Below the pieces are notes generated by a model. It was not told the DNA's origin. It saw nothing but the letters and a program-made list of their open reading frames with translations, and did no database searches. The position numbers were made by a program, and so were the translations under genes. Of a stretch of 64,000 nt of DNA, positions 39,531-50,750 are shown one piece after another (positions within the stretch are counted from its first letter, which is position 1; each line of letters opens with the position of its first letter). Origin of the DNA: Eledone cirrhosa (Eukaryota); contig CAXHJY010001588.1 in NCBI GenBank assembly GCA_964016885.1, forward strand, positions 1-64,000. Reading direction: 5' to 3'.

Positions 39531-41759
39531 CTAAGCTAAGCTATCCTAAGCTAAGCTAAGCTAAGCTATCCTAAGCTAAGCTAAGCTAAGCTATCCTAAG
39601 CTAAGCTAAGCTAAGCTATCCTAAGCGATCCTAAGCTAAGCTATCCTAAGCTAAGCTATCCTAAGCTATCCTAAGCTAAGCAATCCTAAGCTATCCTAAG
39701 CTAAGCTATCCTAAGCTAAGCTATCCTAAGCTATCCTAAGCTAAGCTATCCTAAGCTATCCTAAGCTAAGCTATCCTAAGCTATCCTAAGCTAAGCTAAG
39801 CTAAGCTAACCTAAGCTAAGCTATCCTAAGCTAAGCTAAGCTAAGCTATCCTAAGCTAAGCTAAGCTAAGCTATCCTAAGCTATCCTAAGCTAAGCTATC
39901 CTAAGCTAAGCTATCCTAAGCTAAGCTATCCTAAGCTATCCTAAGCTAAGCTATCCTAAGCTAAGCTCTCCTAAGGTAAGCTATCCTAAGCTATCCTAAG
40001 CTAAGCTATCCTAAGCTATCCTAAGCTAAGCTAAGCTAAGCTATCCTAAGCTAAGCTAAGCTAAGCTACCTAAGCTAAGCTAAGCTAAGCTATCCTAAGC
40101 TAAGCTAAGCTAAGCTATCCTAAGCTAAGCTAAGCTCTCCTAAGCTAAGCTAAGCTAAGCTATCCTAAGCTAAGCTAAGCTTTCCTAAGCTAAGCTAAGC
40201 TAAGCTATCCTAAGCTAAGCTAATCTATCCTAAGCTAAGCTAAGCTAAGCTATCCTAAGCTAAGCTAAGCTAAGCTATCCTAAGCTAAGCTAAGCTAAGC
40301 TATCCTAAGCTAAGCTAAGCTAAGCTATCCTAAGCTAAGCTAAGCTAAGCTATCCTAAGCTAAGCTAAGCTAAGCTATCCTAAGCTAAGCTAAGCTAAGC
40401 TATCCTAAGCTAAGCTATCCTAAGCTAAGCTAAGCTATCCTAAGCTAAGCTAAGCTAAGCTATCCTAAGCTAAGCTAAGCTAAGCTATCCTAAGCTAAGC
40501 TAAGCTATCCTAAGCTAAGCTAAGCTAAGCTATCCTAAGCTAAGCTAAGCTAAGCTATCCTAAGCTAAGCTAAGCTAAGCTATCCTAAGCTATCCTAAGC
40601 TATCCTAAGCTAAGCTATCCTAAGCTATCCTAAGCTAAGCTAAGCTAAGCTATCCTAAGCTAAGCTAAGCTAAGCTAAGCTTTCCTAAGCTAAGCTAAGC
40701 TAAGCTATCCTAAGCTAAGCTAAGCTAAGCTATCCTAAGCTATCCTAAGCTAAGCTATCCTAAGCTAAGCTATTCTAAGCTATCCTAAGCTAAGCTATCC
40801 TAAGCTATCCTAAGCTAAGCTATCCTAAGCTAAGCTATCCTAAGCTATCCTAAGCTAAGCTATCCTAAGCTAAGCTAAGCTAAGCTAACCTAAGCTAAGC
40901 TATCCTAAGCTAAGCTAAGCTAAGCTATCCTAAGCTAAGCTAAGCTAAGCTATCCTAAGCTATCCTAAGCTAAGCTATCCTAAGCTAAGCTATCCTAAGC
41001 TAAGCTATCCTAAGCTATCCTAAGCTAAGCTATCCTAAGCTAAGCTAAGCTAAGCTATCCTAAGCTAAGCTATCCTAAGCTATCCTAAGCTAAGCTAAGC
41101 TAAGCTAACCTAAGCTAAGCTATCCTAAGCTAAGCTATCCTAAGCTAAGCTATCCTAAGCTATCCTAAGCTAAGCTATCCTAAGCTATCCTAAGCTAACC
41201 TAAGCTAAGCTATCCTAAGCTAAGCTAAGCTAAGCTATCCTAAGCTAAGCTAAGCTAAGCTATCCTAAGCTAAGCTAAGCTAAACTATCCTAAGCTAAGC
41301 TAAGCTAAGCTATCCTAAGCTATCCTAAGCTAAGCTATCCTAAGCTAAGCTAAGCTAAGCTATCCTAAGCTAAGCTAAGCTAAGCTATCCTAAGCTAAGC
41401 TAAGCTAAGATATCCTAAGCTAAGCTATCCTAAGCTATCCTAAGCTAAGCTAAGCTAAGCTAACCTAAGCTAAGCTATCCTAAGCTAAGCTATCCTAAGC
41501 TAAGCTATCCTAAGCTAAGCTAAGCTAAGCTTTCCTAAGCTAAGCTAAGCTGAGCTATCCTAAGCTAAGCTAAGCTATCCTAAGCTAAGCTAAGCTAAGC
41601 TATCCTAAGCTAAGCTAAGCTAAGCTATCCTAAGCTAAGCTAAGCTAAGCTATCCTAAGCTAAGCTAAGCTATCCTAAGCTAAGCTAAGCTAAGCTATCC
41701 TAAGCTAAGCTAAGCTAAGCTATCCTAAGCTATCCTAAGCTAAGCTATCCTAAGCTAAG

Positions 41760-44700
41760 CTAAGCTAAGCTAAGCTAACCTAAGCTAAGCTATCCTAAGC
41801 TAAGCTAAGCTAAGCTATCCTAAGCTAAGCTAAGCTAAGCTATCCTAAGCTATCCTAAGCTAAGCTATCCTAAGCTAAGCTATCCTAAGCTAAGCTATCC
41901 TAAGCTATCCTAAGCTAAGCTATCCTAAGCTAAGCTCTCCTAAGGTAAGCTATCCTAAGCTATCCTAAGCTAAGCTATCCTAAGCTATCCTAAGCTAAGC
42001 TAAGCTAAGCTCTCCTAAGCTAAGCTAAGCTAAGCTATCCTAAGCTAAGCTAAGCTAAGCTAAGCTATCCTAAGCTAAGCTAAGCTAAGCTACCTAAGCT
42101 AAGCTAAGCTATCCTAAGCTAAGCTAAGCTAAGCTAAGCTATCCTAAGCTAAGCTAAGCTAAGCTCTCCTAAGCTAAGCTAAGCTAAGCTATCCTAAGCT
42201 AAGCTAAGCTTTCCTAAGCTAAGCTAAGCTAAGCTATCCTAAGCTAAGCTAATCTATCCTAAGCTAAGCTAAGCTAAGCTATCCTAAGCTAAGCTAAGCT
42301 AAGCTATCCTAAGCTAAGCTAAGCTAAGCTATCCTAAGCTAAGCTAAGCTAAGCTATCCTAAGCTAAGCTAAGCTAAGCTATCCTAAGCTAAGCTAAGCT
42401 ATCCTAAGCTAAGCTAAGCTAAGCTATCCTAAGCTAAGCTAAGCTATCCTAAGCTAAGCTAAGCTAAGCTATCCTAAGCTATCCTAAGCTATCCTAAGCT
42501 AAGCTAAGCTAAGCTATCCTAAGCTAAGCTAAGCTAAGCTATCCTAAGCTAAGCTAAGCTAAGCTATCCTAAGCTAAGCTAAGCTATCCTAAGCTAAGCT
42601 AAGCTAAGCTATCCTAAGCTAAGCTAAGCTAAGCAATCCTAAGCTATCCTAAGCTAAGCTATCCTAAGCTAAGCTAAGCTAAGCTATCCTAAGCTAAGCT
42701 AAGCTAAGCTATCCTAAGCTAAGCTAAGCTAAGTTATCCTAAGCTAAGCTATCCTAAGCTATCCTAAGCTAAGCTAAGCTAAGCTAACCTAAGCTAAGCT
42801 ATCCTAAGCTAAGCTATCCTAAGCTAAGCTATCCTAAGCTAAGCTAAGCTAAGCTATCCTAAGCTAAGCTAAGCTAAGCTATCCTAAGCTAAGCTAAGCT
42901 ATCCTAAGCTAAGCTAAGCTAAGCTATCCTAAGCTAAGCTAAGCTAAGCTATCCTAAGCTAAGCTAAGCTATCCTAAGCTAAGCTAAGCTAAGCTATCCT
43001 AAGCTAAGCTAAGCTAATCTATCCTAAGCTATCCTAAGCTAAGCTATCCTAACCTAAGATATCCTAAGCTATCCTAAGCTAAGCTATCCTAAGCTAAGCT
43101 AAGCTAAGCTATCCTAAGCTAAGCTATCCTAAGCTAAGCTATCCTAAGCTATCCTAAGCTAAGCTATCCTAAGCTATCCTAAGCTAAGCTATCCTAAGCT
43201 ATCCTAAGCTAAGCTATCCTAAGCTATCCTAAGCTAAGCTAAGCTATCCTAAGCTAAGCTAAGCTAAGCTAAGCTATCCTAAGCTAAGCTAAGCTATCCT
43301 AAGCTAAGCTAAGCTAAGCTATCCTAAGCTATCCTAAGCTAAGCTATCCTAAGCTAAGCTATCCTAAGCTATCCTAAGCTAAGCTATCCTAAGCTATCCT
43401 AAGCTAAGCTATCCTAAGCTAAGCTATCCTAAGCTAAGCTATCCTAAGCTATCCTAAGCTAAGCTATCCTAAGCTATCCTAAGCTAAGCTAAGCTAAGCT
43501 ATCCTAAGCTAAGCTAAGCTAAGCTATCCTAAGCTAAGCTAAGCTAAGCTTTCCTAAGCTATCCTAAGCTAAGCTATCCTAAGCTAAGCTATCCTAAGCT
43601 ATCCTAAGCTAAGCTATCCTAAGCTATCCTAAGCTAAGCTATCCTAAGCTATCCTAAGCTAAACTATCCTAACCTAAGCTATCCTAAGCTATCCTAAGCT
43701 AAGCTATCCTAAGCTATCCTAAGCTAAGCTATCCTAAGCTATCCTAAGCTAAGCTATCCTAAGCTATCCTAAGCTAAGCTAAGCTAAGCTATCCTAAACT
43801 AAGCTAAGCTATCCTAAGCTAAGCTAAGCTAAGCTATCCTAAGCTATCCTAAGCTAAGCTATCCTAAGCTAAGCTAAGCTAAGCTATCCTAAGCCAAGCT
43901 AAGCTAAGCTATCCTAAGCCAAGCTAAGCTAAGCTATCCTAAGCTAAGCTAAGCTATCCTAAGCTAAGCTAAGCTAAGCTATCCTAAGCTAAGCTATGCT
44001 AAGCTATCCTAAGCTAAGCTAAGCTAAGCTATCCTAAGCTAAGCTAAGCTAAGCTATCCTAAGCTAAGCTAAGCTAAGCTATCCTAAGCTAAGCTAAGCT
44101 AAGCTATCCTAAGCTAAGCTAAGCTAAGCTATCCTAAGCTAAGCTATGCTAAGCTATCCTAAGCTAAGCTAAGCTAAGCTATCCTAAGCTAAGCTATCCT
44201 AAGCTAAGCTAAGCTAAGCTATCCTAAGCTAAGCTAAGCTAAGCTATCCTAAGCTAAGCTATCCTAAGCTAAGCTAAGCTAAGCTATCCTAAGCTAAGCC
44301 AAGCTAAGCTATCCTAAGCTAAGCTAAGCTAAGCTATCCTAAACTAAGCTAAGCTAAGCTATCCTAAGCTAAGCTAAGCTAAGCTATCCTAAGCTAAGCT
44401 AAGCTATCCTAAGCTAAGCTAAGCTAAGCTATCCTAAGCTAAGCTAAGCTAAGCTTTCCTAAGCTATCCTAAGCTAAGCTATCCTAAGCTAAGCTAAGCT
44501 AAGCTATCCTAAGCTAAGCTAAGCTATCCTAAGCTAAGCTAAGCTAAGCTATCCTAAGCTAAGCTATCCTAAGCTATCCTAAGCTAAGCTATCCTAAGCT
44601 ATCCTAAGCTAAGCTATCCTAAGCTAAGCTATCCTAAGCTAAGCTATCCTAAGCTAAGCTATTCTAAGCTAAGCTAAGCTAAGCTATCCTAAGCTAAGCT

Positions 44701-47700
44701 AAGCTAAGCTATCCTAAGCTAAGCTAAGCTAAGCTATCCTAAGCTAAGCTAAGCTAAGCAATCCTAAGCTAAGCTAAGCTAAGCTATCCTAAGCTAAGCT
44801 AAGCTAAGCTATCCTAAGCTAAGCTAAGCTATCCTAAGCTAAGCTAAGCTATCCTAAGCTAAGCTAAGCTAAGCTATCCTAAGCTATCCTAAGCTAAGCT
44901 ATCCTAAGCTAAGCTATCCTAAGCTATCCCAAGCTAAGCTATCCTAAGCTAAGCTAAGCTAAGCTATCCTAAGCTAAGCTATCCTAAGCTAAGCTATCCT
45001 AAGCTATCCTAAGCTAAGCTATCCTAATCTATCCTAAGCTAAGCTATCCTAAGCTATCCTAAGCTAAGCTATCCTAAGCTATCCTAAGCTAAGCTAAGCT
45101 AAGCTATCCTAAGCTATCCTAAGCTAAGCTATCCTAAGCTAAACTATCCTAAGCTATCCTAAGCTAAGCTATCCTAAGCTATCCTAAGCTAAGCTATCCT
45201 AAGCTATCCTAAGCTAAGCTAAGCTAAGCTATCCTAAGCTAAGCTAAGCTAAGCTATCCTAAGCTAAGCTAAGCTAAGCTATCCTAAGCTAAGTTAAGCT
45301 AAGCTATCCTAAGCTATCCTAAGCTAAGCTATCCTAAGCTAAGCTATCCTAAGCTATCCTAAGCTAAGCTATCCTAAGCTATCCTAAGCTAAGCTATCCT
45401 AAGCTAAGCTATCCTAAGCTAAGCTATCCTAAGCTATCCTAAGCTAAGCTATCCTAAGCTATCCTAAGCTAAGCTATCCTAAGCTATCCTAAGCTAAGCT
45501 AAGCTAAGCTATCCTAAGCTAAGCTAAGCTAAGCTATCCTAAGCTAAGCTAAGCTAAGCTATCCTAAGCTAAGCTAAGCTAAGCTATCCTAAGCTATCCT
45601 AAGCTAAGCTATCCTAAGCTAAGCTATCCTAAGCTAAGCTATCCTAAGCTATCCTAAGCTAAGCTATCCTAAGCTAAGCTCTCCTAAGGTAAGCTATCCT
45701 AAGCTATCCTAAGCTAAGCTATCCTAAGCTATCCTAAGCTAAGCTAAGCTAAGCTATCCTAAGCTAAGCTAAGCTAAGCTATCCTAAGCTAAGCTAAGCT
45801 AAGCTATCCTAAGTTAAGCTAAGCTAAGCTATCCTAAGCTAAGTTAAGCTAAGCTATCCTAAGCTAAGCTAAGCTAAGCTATCCTAAGCTAAGCTAAGCT
45901 AAGCTCTCCTAAGCTAAGCTATCCTAAGCTATCCTAAGCTAAGCTAAGCTATCCTAAGCTAAGCTAAGCTAAGCTATCCTAAGCTAAGCTAAGCTATCCT
46001 AAGCTAAGCTAAGCGATCCTAAGCTAAGCTAAGCTAAGCTATCCTAAGCTAAGCTAAGCTAAGCTATCCTAAGCTAAGCTAACCTAAGCTATCCTAAGCT
46101 AAGCTAAGCTAAGCTATCCTAAGCTAAGCTAAGCTAAGCTATCCTAAGCTAAGCTAAGCTAAGCTATCCTAAGCAAAGCTAAGCTAAGCTATCCTAAGCT
46201 AAGCTATCCTAAGCTAAGCTATCCTAAGCTATCCTAAGCTAAGCTATCCTAAGCTAAGCTAAGCTAAGCTAACCTAAGCTAAGCTATCCTAAGCTAAGCT
46301 AAGCTAAGCTATCCTAAGCTAAGCTAAGCTAAGCTATCCTAAGCTATCCTAAGCTAAGCTATCCTAAGCTAAGCTATCCTAAGCTAAGCTATCCTAAGCT
46401 ATCCTAAGCTAAGCTATCCTAAGCTAAGCTCTCCTAAGGTAAGCTATCCTAAGCTATCCTAAGCTAAGCTATCCTAAGCTATCCTAAGCTAAGCTAAGCT
46501 AAGCTCTCCTAAGCTAAGCTAAGCTAAGCTATCCTAAGCTAAGCTAAGCTAAGCTAAGCTATCCTAAGCTAAGCTAAGCTAAGCTACCTAAGCTAAGCTA
46601 AGCTATCCTAAGCTAAGCTAAGCTAAGCTAAGCTATCCTAAGCTAAGCTAAGCTAAGCTCTCCTAAGCTAAGCTAAGCTAAGCTATCCTAAGCTAAGCTA
46701 AGCTTTCCTAAGCTAAGCTAAGCTAAGCTATCCTAAGCTAAGCTAATCTATCCTAAGCTAAGCTAAGCTAAGCTATCCTAAGCTAAGCTAAGCTAAGCTA
46801 TCCTAAGCTAAGCTAAGCTAAGCTATCCTAAGCTAAGCTAAGCTAAGCTATCCTAAGCTAAGCTAAGCTAAGCTATCCTAAGCTAAGCTAAGCTATCCTA
46901 AGCTAAGCTAAGCTAAGCTATCCTAAGCTAAGCTAAGCTATCCTAAGCTAAGCTAAGCTAAGCTATCCTAAGCTATCCTAAGCTATCCTAAGCTAAGCTA
47001 AGCTAAGCTATCCTAAGCTAAGCTAAGCTAAGCTATCCTAAGCTAAGCTAAGCTAAGCTATCCTAAGCTAAGCTAAGCTATCCTAAGCTAAGCTAAGCTA
47101 AGCTATCCTAAGCTAAGCTAAGCTAAGCAATCCTAAGCTATCCTAAGCTAAGCTATCCTAAGCTAAGCTAAGCTAAGCTATCCTAAGCTAAGCTAAGCTA
47201 AGCTATCCTAAGCTAAGCTAAGCTAAGTTATCCTAAGCTAAGCTATCCTAAGCTATCCTAAGCTAAGCTAAGCTAAGCTAACCTAAGCTAAGCTATCCTA
47301 AGCTAAGCTATCCTAAGCTAAGCTATCCTAAGCTAAGCTAAGCTAAGCTATCCTAAGCTAAGCTAAGCTAAGCTATCCTAAGCTAAGCTAAGCTATCCTA
47401 AGCTAAGCTAAGCTAAGCTATCCTAAGCTAAGCTAAGCTAAGCTATCCTAAGCTAAGCTAAGCTATCCTAAGCTAAGCTAAGCTAAGCTATCCTAAGCTA
47501 AGCTAAGCTAATCTATCCTAAGCTATCCTAAGCTAAGCTATCCTAACCTAAGATATCCTAAGCTATCCTAAGCTAAGCTATCCTAAGCTAAGCTAAGCTA
47601 AGCTATCCTAAGCTAAGCTATCCTAAGCTAAGCTATCCTAAGCTATCCTAAGCTAAGCTATCCTAAGCTATCCTAAGCTAAGCTATCCTAAGCTATCCTA

Positions 47701-50700
47701 AGCTAAGCTATCCTAAGCTATCCTAAGCTAAGCTAAGCTATCCTAAGCTAAGCTAAGCTAAGCTAAGCTATCCTAAGCTAAGCTAAGCTATCCTAAGCTA
47801 AGCTAAGCTAAGCTATCCTAAGCTATCCTAAGCTAAGCTATCCTAAGCTAAGCTATCCTAAGCTATCCTAAGCTAAGCTATCCTAAGCTATCCTAAGCTA
47901 AGCTATCCTAAGCTAAGCTATCCTAAGCTAAGCTATCCTAAGCTATCCTAAGCTAAGCTATCCTAAGCTATCCTAAGCTAAGCTAAGCTAAGCTATCCTA
48001 AGCTAAGCTAAGCTAAGCTATCCTAAGCTAAGCTAAGCTAAGCTTTCCTAAGCTATCCTAAGCTAAGCTATCCTAAGCTAAGCTATCCTAAGCTATCCTA
48101 AGCTAAGCTATCCTAAGCTATCCTAAGCTAAGCTATCCTAAGCTATCCTAAGCTAAACTATCCTAACCTAAGCTATCCTAAGCTATCCTAAGCTAAGCTA
48201 TCCTAAGCTATCCTAAGCTAAGCTATCCTAAGCTATCCTAAGCTAAGCTATCCTAAGCTATCCTAAGCTAAGCTAAGCTAAGCTATCCTAAACTAAGCTA
48301 AGCTATCCTAAGCTAAGCTAAGCTAAGCTATCCTAAGCTATCCTAAGCTAAGCTATCCTAAGCTAAGCTAAGCTAAGCTATCCTAAGCCAAGCGAAGCTA
48401 AGCTATCCTAAGCCAAGCTAAGCTAAGCTATCCTAAGCTAAGCTAAGCTATCCTAAGCTAAGCTAAGCTAAGCTATCCTAAGCTAAGCTATGCTAAGCTA
48501 TCCTAAGCTAAGCTAAGCTAAGCTATCCTAAGCTAAGCTAAGCTAAGCTATCCTAAGCTAAGCTAAGCTAAGCTATCCTAAGCTAAGCTAAGCTAAGCTA
48601 TCCTAAGCTAAGCTAAGCTAAGCTATCCTAAGCTAAGCTATGCTAAGCTATCCTAAGCTAAGCTAAGCTAAGCTATCCTAAGCTAAGCTATCCTAAGCTA
48701 AGCTAAGCTAAGCTATCCTAAGCTAAGCTAAGCTAAGCTATCCTAAGCTAAGCTATCCTAAGCTAAGCTAAGCTAAGCTATCCTAAGCTAAGCCAAGCTA
48801 AGCTATCCTAAGCTAAGCTAAGCTAAGCTATCCTAAACTAAGCTAAGCTAAGCTATCCTAAGCTAAGCTAAGCTAAGCTATCCTAAGCTAAGCTAAGCTA
48901 TCCTAAGCTAAGCTAAGCTAAGCTATCCTAAGCTAAGCTAAGCTAAGCTTTCCTAAGCTATCCTAAGCTAAGCTATCCTAAGCTAAGCTAAGCTAAGCTA
49001 TCCTAAGCTAAGCTAAGCTATCCTAAGCTAAGCTAAGCTAAGCTATCCTAAGCTAAGCTATCCTAAGCTATCCTAAGCTAAGCTATCCTAAGCTATCCTA
49101 AGCTAAGCTATCCTAAGCTAAGCTATCCTAAGCTAAGCTATCCTAAGCTAAGCTATTCTAAGCTAAGCTAAGCTAAGCTATCCTAAGCTAAGCTAAGCTA
49201 AGCTATCCTAAGCTAAGCTAAGCTAAGCTATCCTAAGCTAAGCTAAGCTAAGCAATCCTAAGCTAAGCTAAGCTAAGCTATCCTAAGCTAAGCTAAGCTA
49301 AGCTATCCTAAGCTAAGCTAAGCTATCCTAAGCTAAGCTAAGCTAAGCTATCCTAAGCTAAGCTAAGCTAAGCTATCCTAAGCTATCCTAAGCTAAGCTA
49401 TCCTAAGCTAAGCTATCCTAAGCTATCCCAAGCTAAGCTATCCTAAGCTAAGCTAAGCTAAGCTATCCTAAGCTAAGCTATCCTAAGCTAAGCTATCCTA
49501 AGCTATCCTAAGCTAAGCTATCCTAATCTATCCTAAGCTAAGCTATCCTAAGCTATCCTAAGCTAAGCTATCCTAAGCTATCCTAAGCTAAGCTAAGCTA
49601 AGCTATCCTAAGCTATCCTAAGCTAAGCTATCCTAAGCTAAACTATCCTAAGCTATCCTAAGCTAAGCTATCCTAAGCTATCCTAAGCTAAGCTATCCTA
49701 AGCTATCCTAAGCTAAGCTAAGCTAAGCTATCCTAAGCTAAGCTAAGCTAAGCTATCCTAAGCTAAGCTAAGCTAAGCTATCCTAAGCTAAGTTAAGCTA
49801 AGCTATCCTAAGCTATCCTAAGCTAAGCTATCCTAAGCTAAGCTATCCTAAGCTATCCTAAGCTAAGCTATCCTAAGCTATCCTAAGCTAAGCTATCCTA
49901 AGCTAAGCTATCCTAAGCTAAGCTATCCTAAGCTATCCTAAGCTAAGCTATCCTAAGCTATCCTAAGCTAAGCTATCCTAAGCTATCCTAAGCTAAGCTA
50001 AGCTAAGCTATCCTAAGCTAAGCTAAGCTAAGCTATCCTAAGCTAAGCTAAGCTAAGCTATCCTAAGCTAAGCTAAGCTAAGCTATCCTAAGCTATCCTA
50101 AGCTAAGCTATCCTAAGCTAAGCTATCCTAAGCTAAGCTATCCTAAGCTATCCTAAGCTAAGCTATCCTAAGCTAAGCTCTCCTAAGGTAAGCTATCCTA
50201 AGCTATCCTAAGCTAAGCTATCCTAAGCTATCCTAAGCTAAGCTAAGCTAAGCTATCCTAAGCTAAGCTAAGCTAAGCTATCCTAAGCTAAGCTAAGCTA
50301 AGCTATCCTAAGTTAAGCTAAGCTAAGCTATCCTAAGCTAAGTTAAGCTAAGCTATCCTAAGCTAAGCTAAGCTAAGCTATCCTAAGCTAAGCTAAGCTA
50401 AGCTCTCCTAAGCTAAGCTATCCTAAGCTATCCTAAGCTAAGCTAAGCTATCCTAAGCTAAGCTAAGCTAAGCTATCCTAAGCTAAGCTAAGCTATCCTA
50501 AGCTAAGCTAAGCGATCCTAAGCTAAGCTAAGCTAAGCTATCCTAAGCTAAGCTAAGCTAAGCTATCCTAAGCTAAGCTAAGCTAAGCTATCCTAAGCTA
50601 AGCTAAGCTAAGCTATCCTAAGCTAAGCTAAGCTAAGCTATCCTAAGCTAAGCTAAGCTAAGCTATCCTAAGCAAAGCTAAGCTAAGCTATCCTAAGCTA

Positions 50701-50750
50701 AGCTATCCTAAGCTAAGCTATCCTAAGCTATCCTAAGCTAAGCTATCCTA
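41760..50750 (+). repeat. Tandem duplication of the ~4.49-kb unit (2 copies)
   Basis: CTCCT-AAGGT 41937/46431 and 45681/50180, ACCT 42092/46586, ATGCT 43996/48490 and 44146/48640 (offsets 4494-4499). Confidence 0.92.

Larger units (their letters stand above)
24890..41750 (+). repeat. Large direct copy of segment 1-~14700 (offset ~24.9 kb, rising to ~27.0 kb after an internal 2.1-kb duplication)
   Basis: CTCCT 161/25048, AAACT 736/25623, ATTCT 781/25668, ACCT 1771/26668, 2740/27637, 6094/30971, 10583/35465; then ACCT 13042/40068 and GAGCT 14521/41552. Confidence 0.9.
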
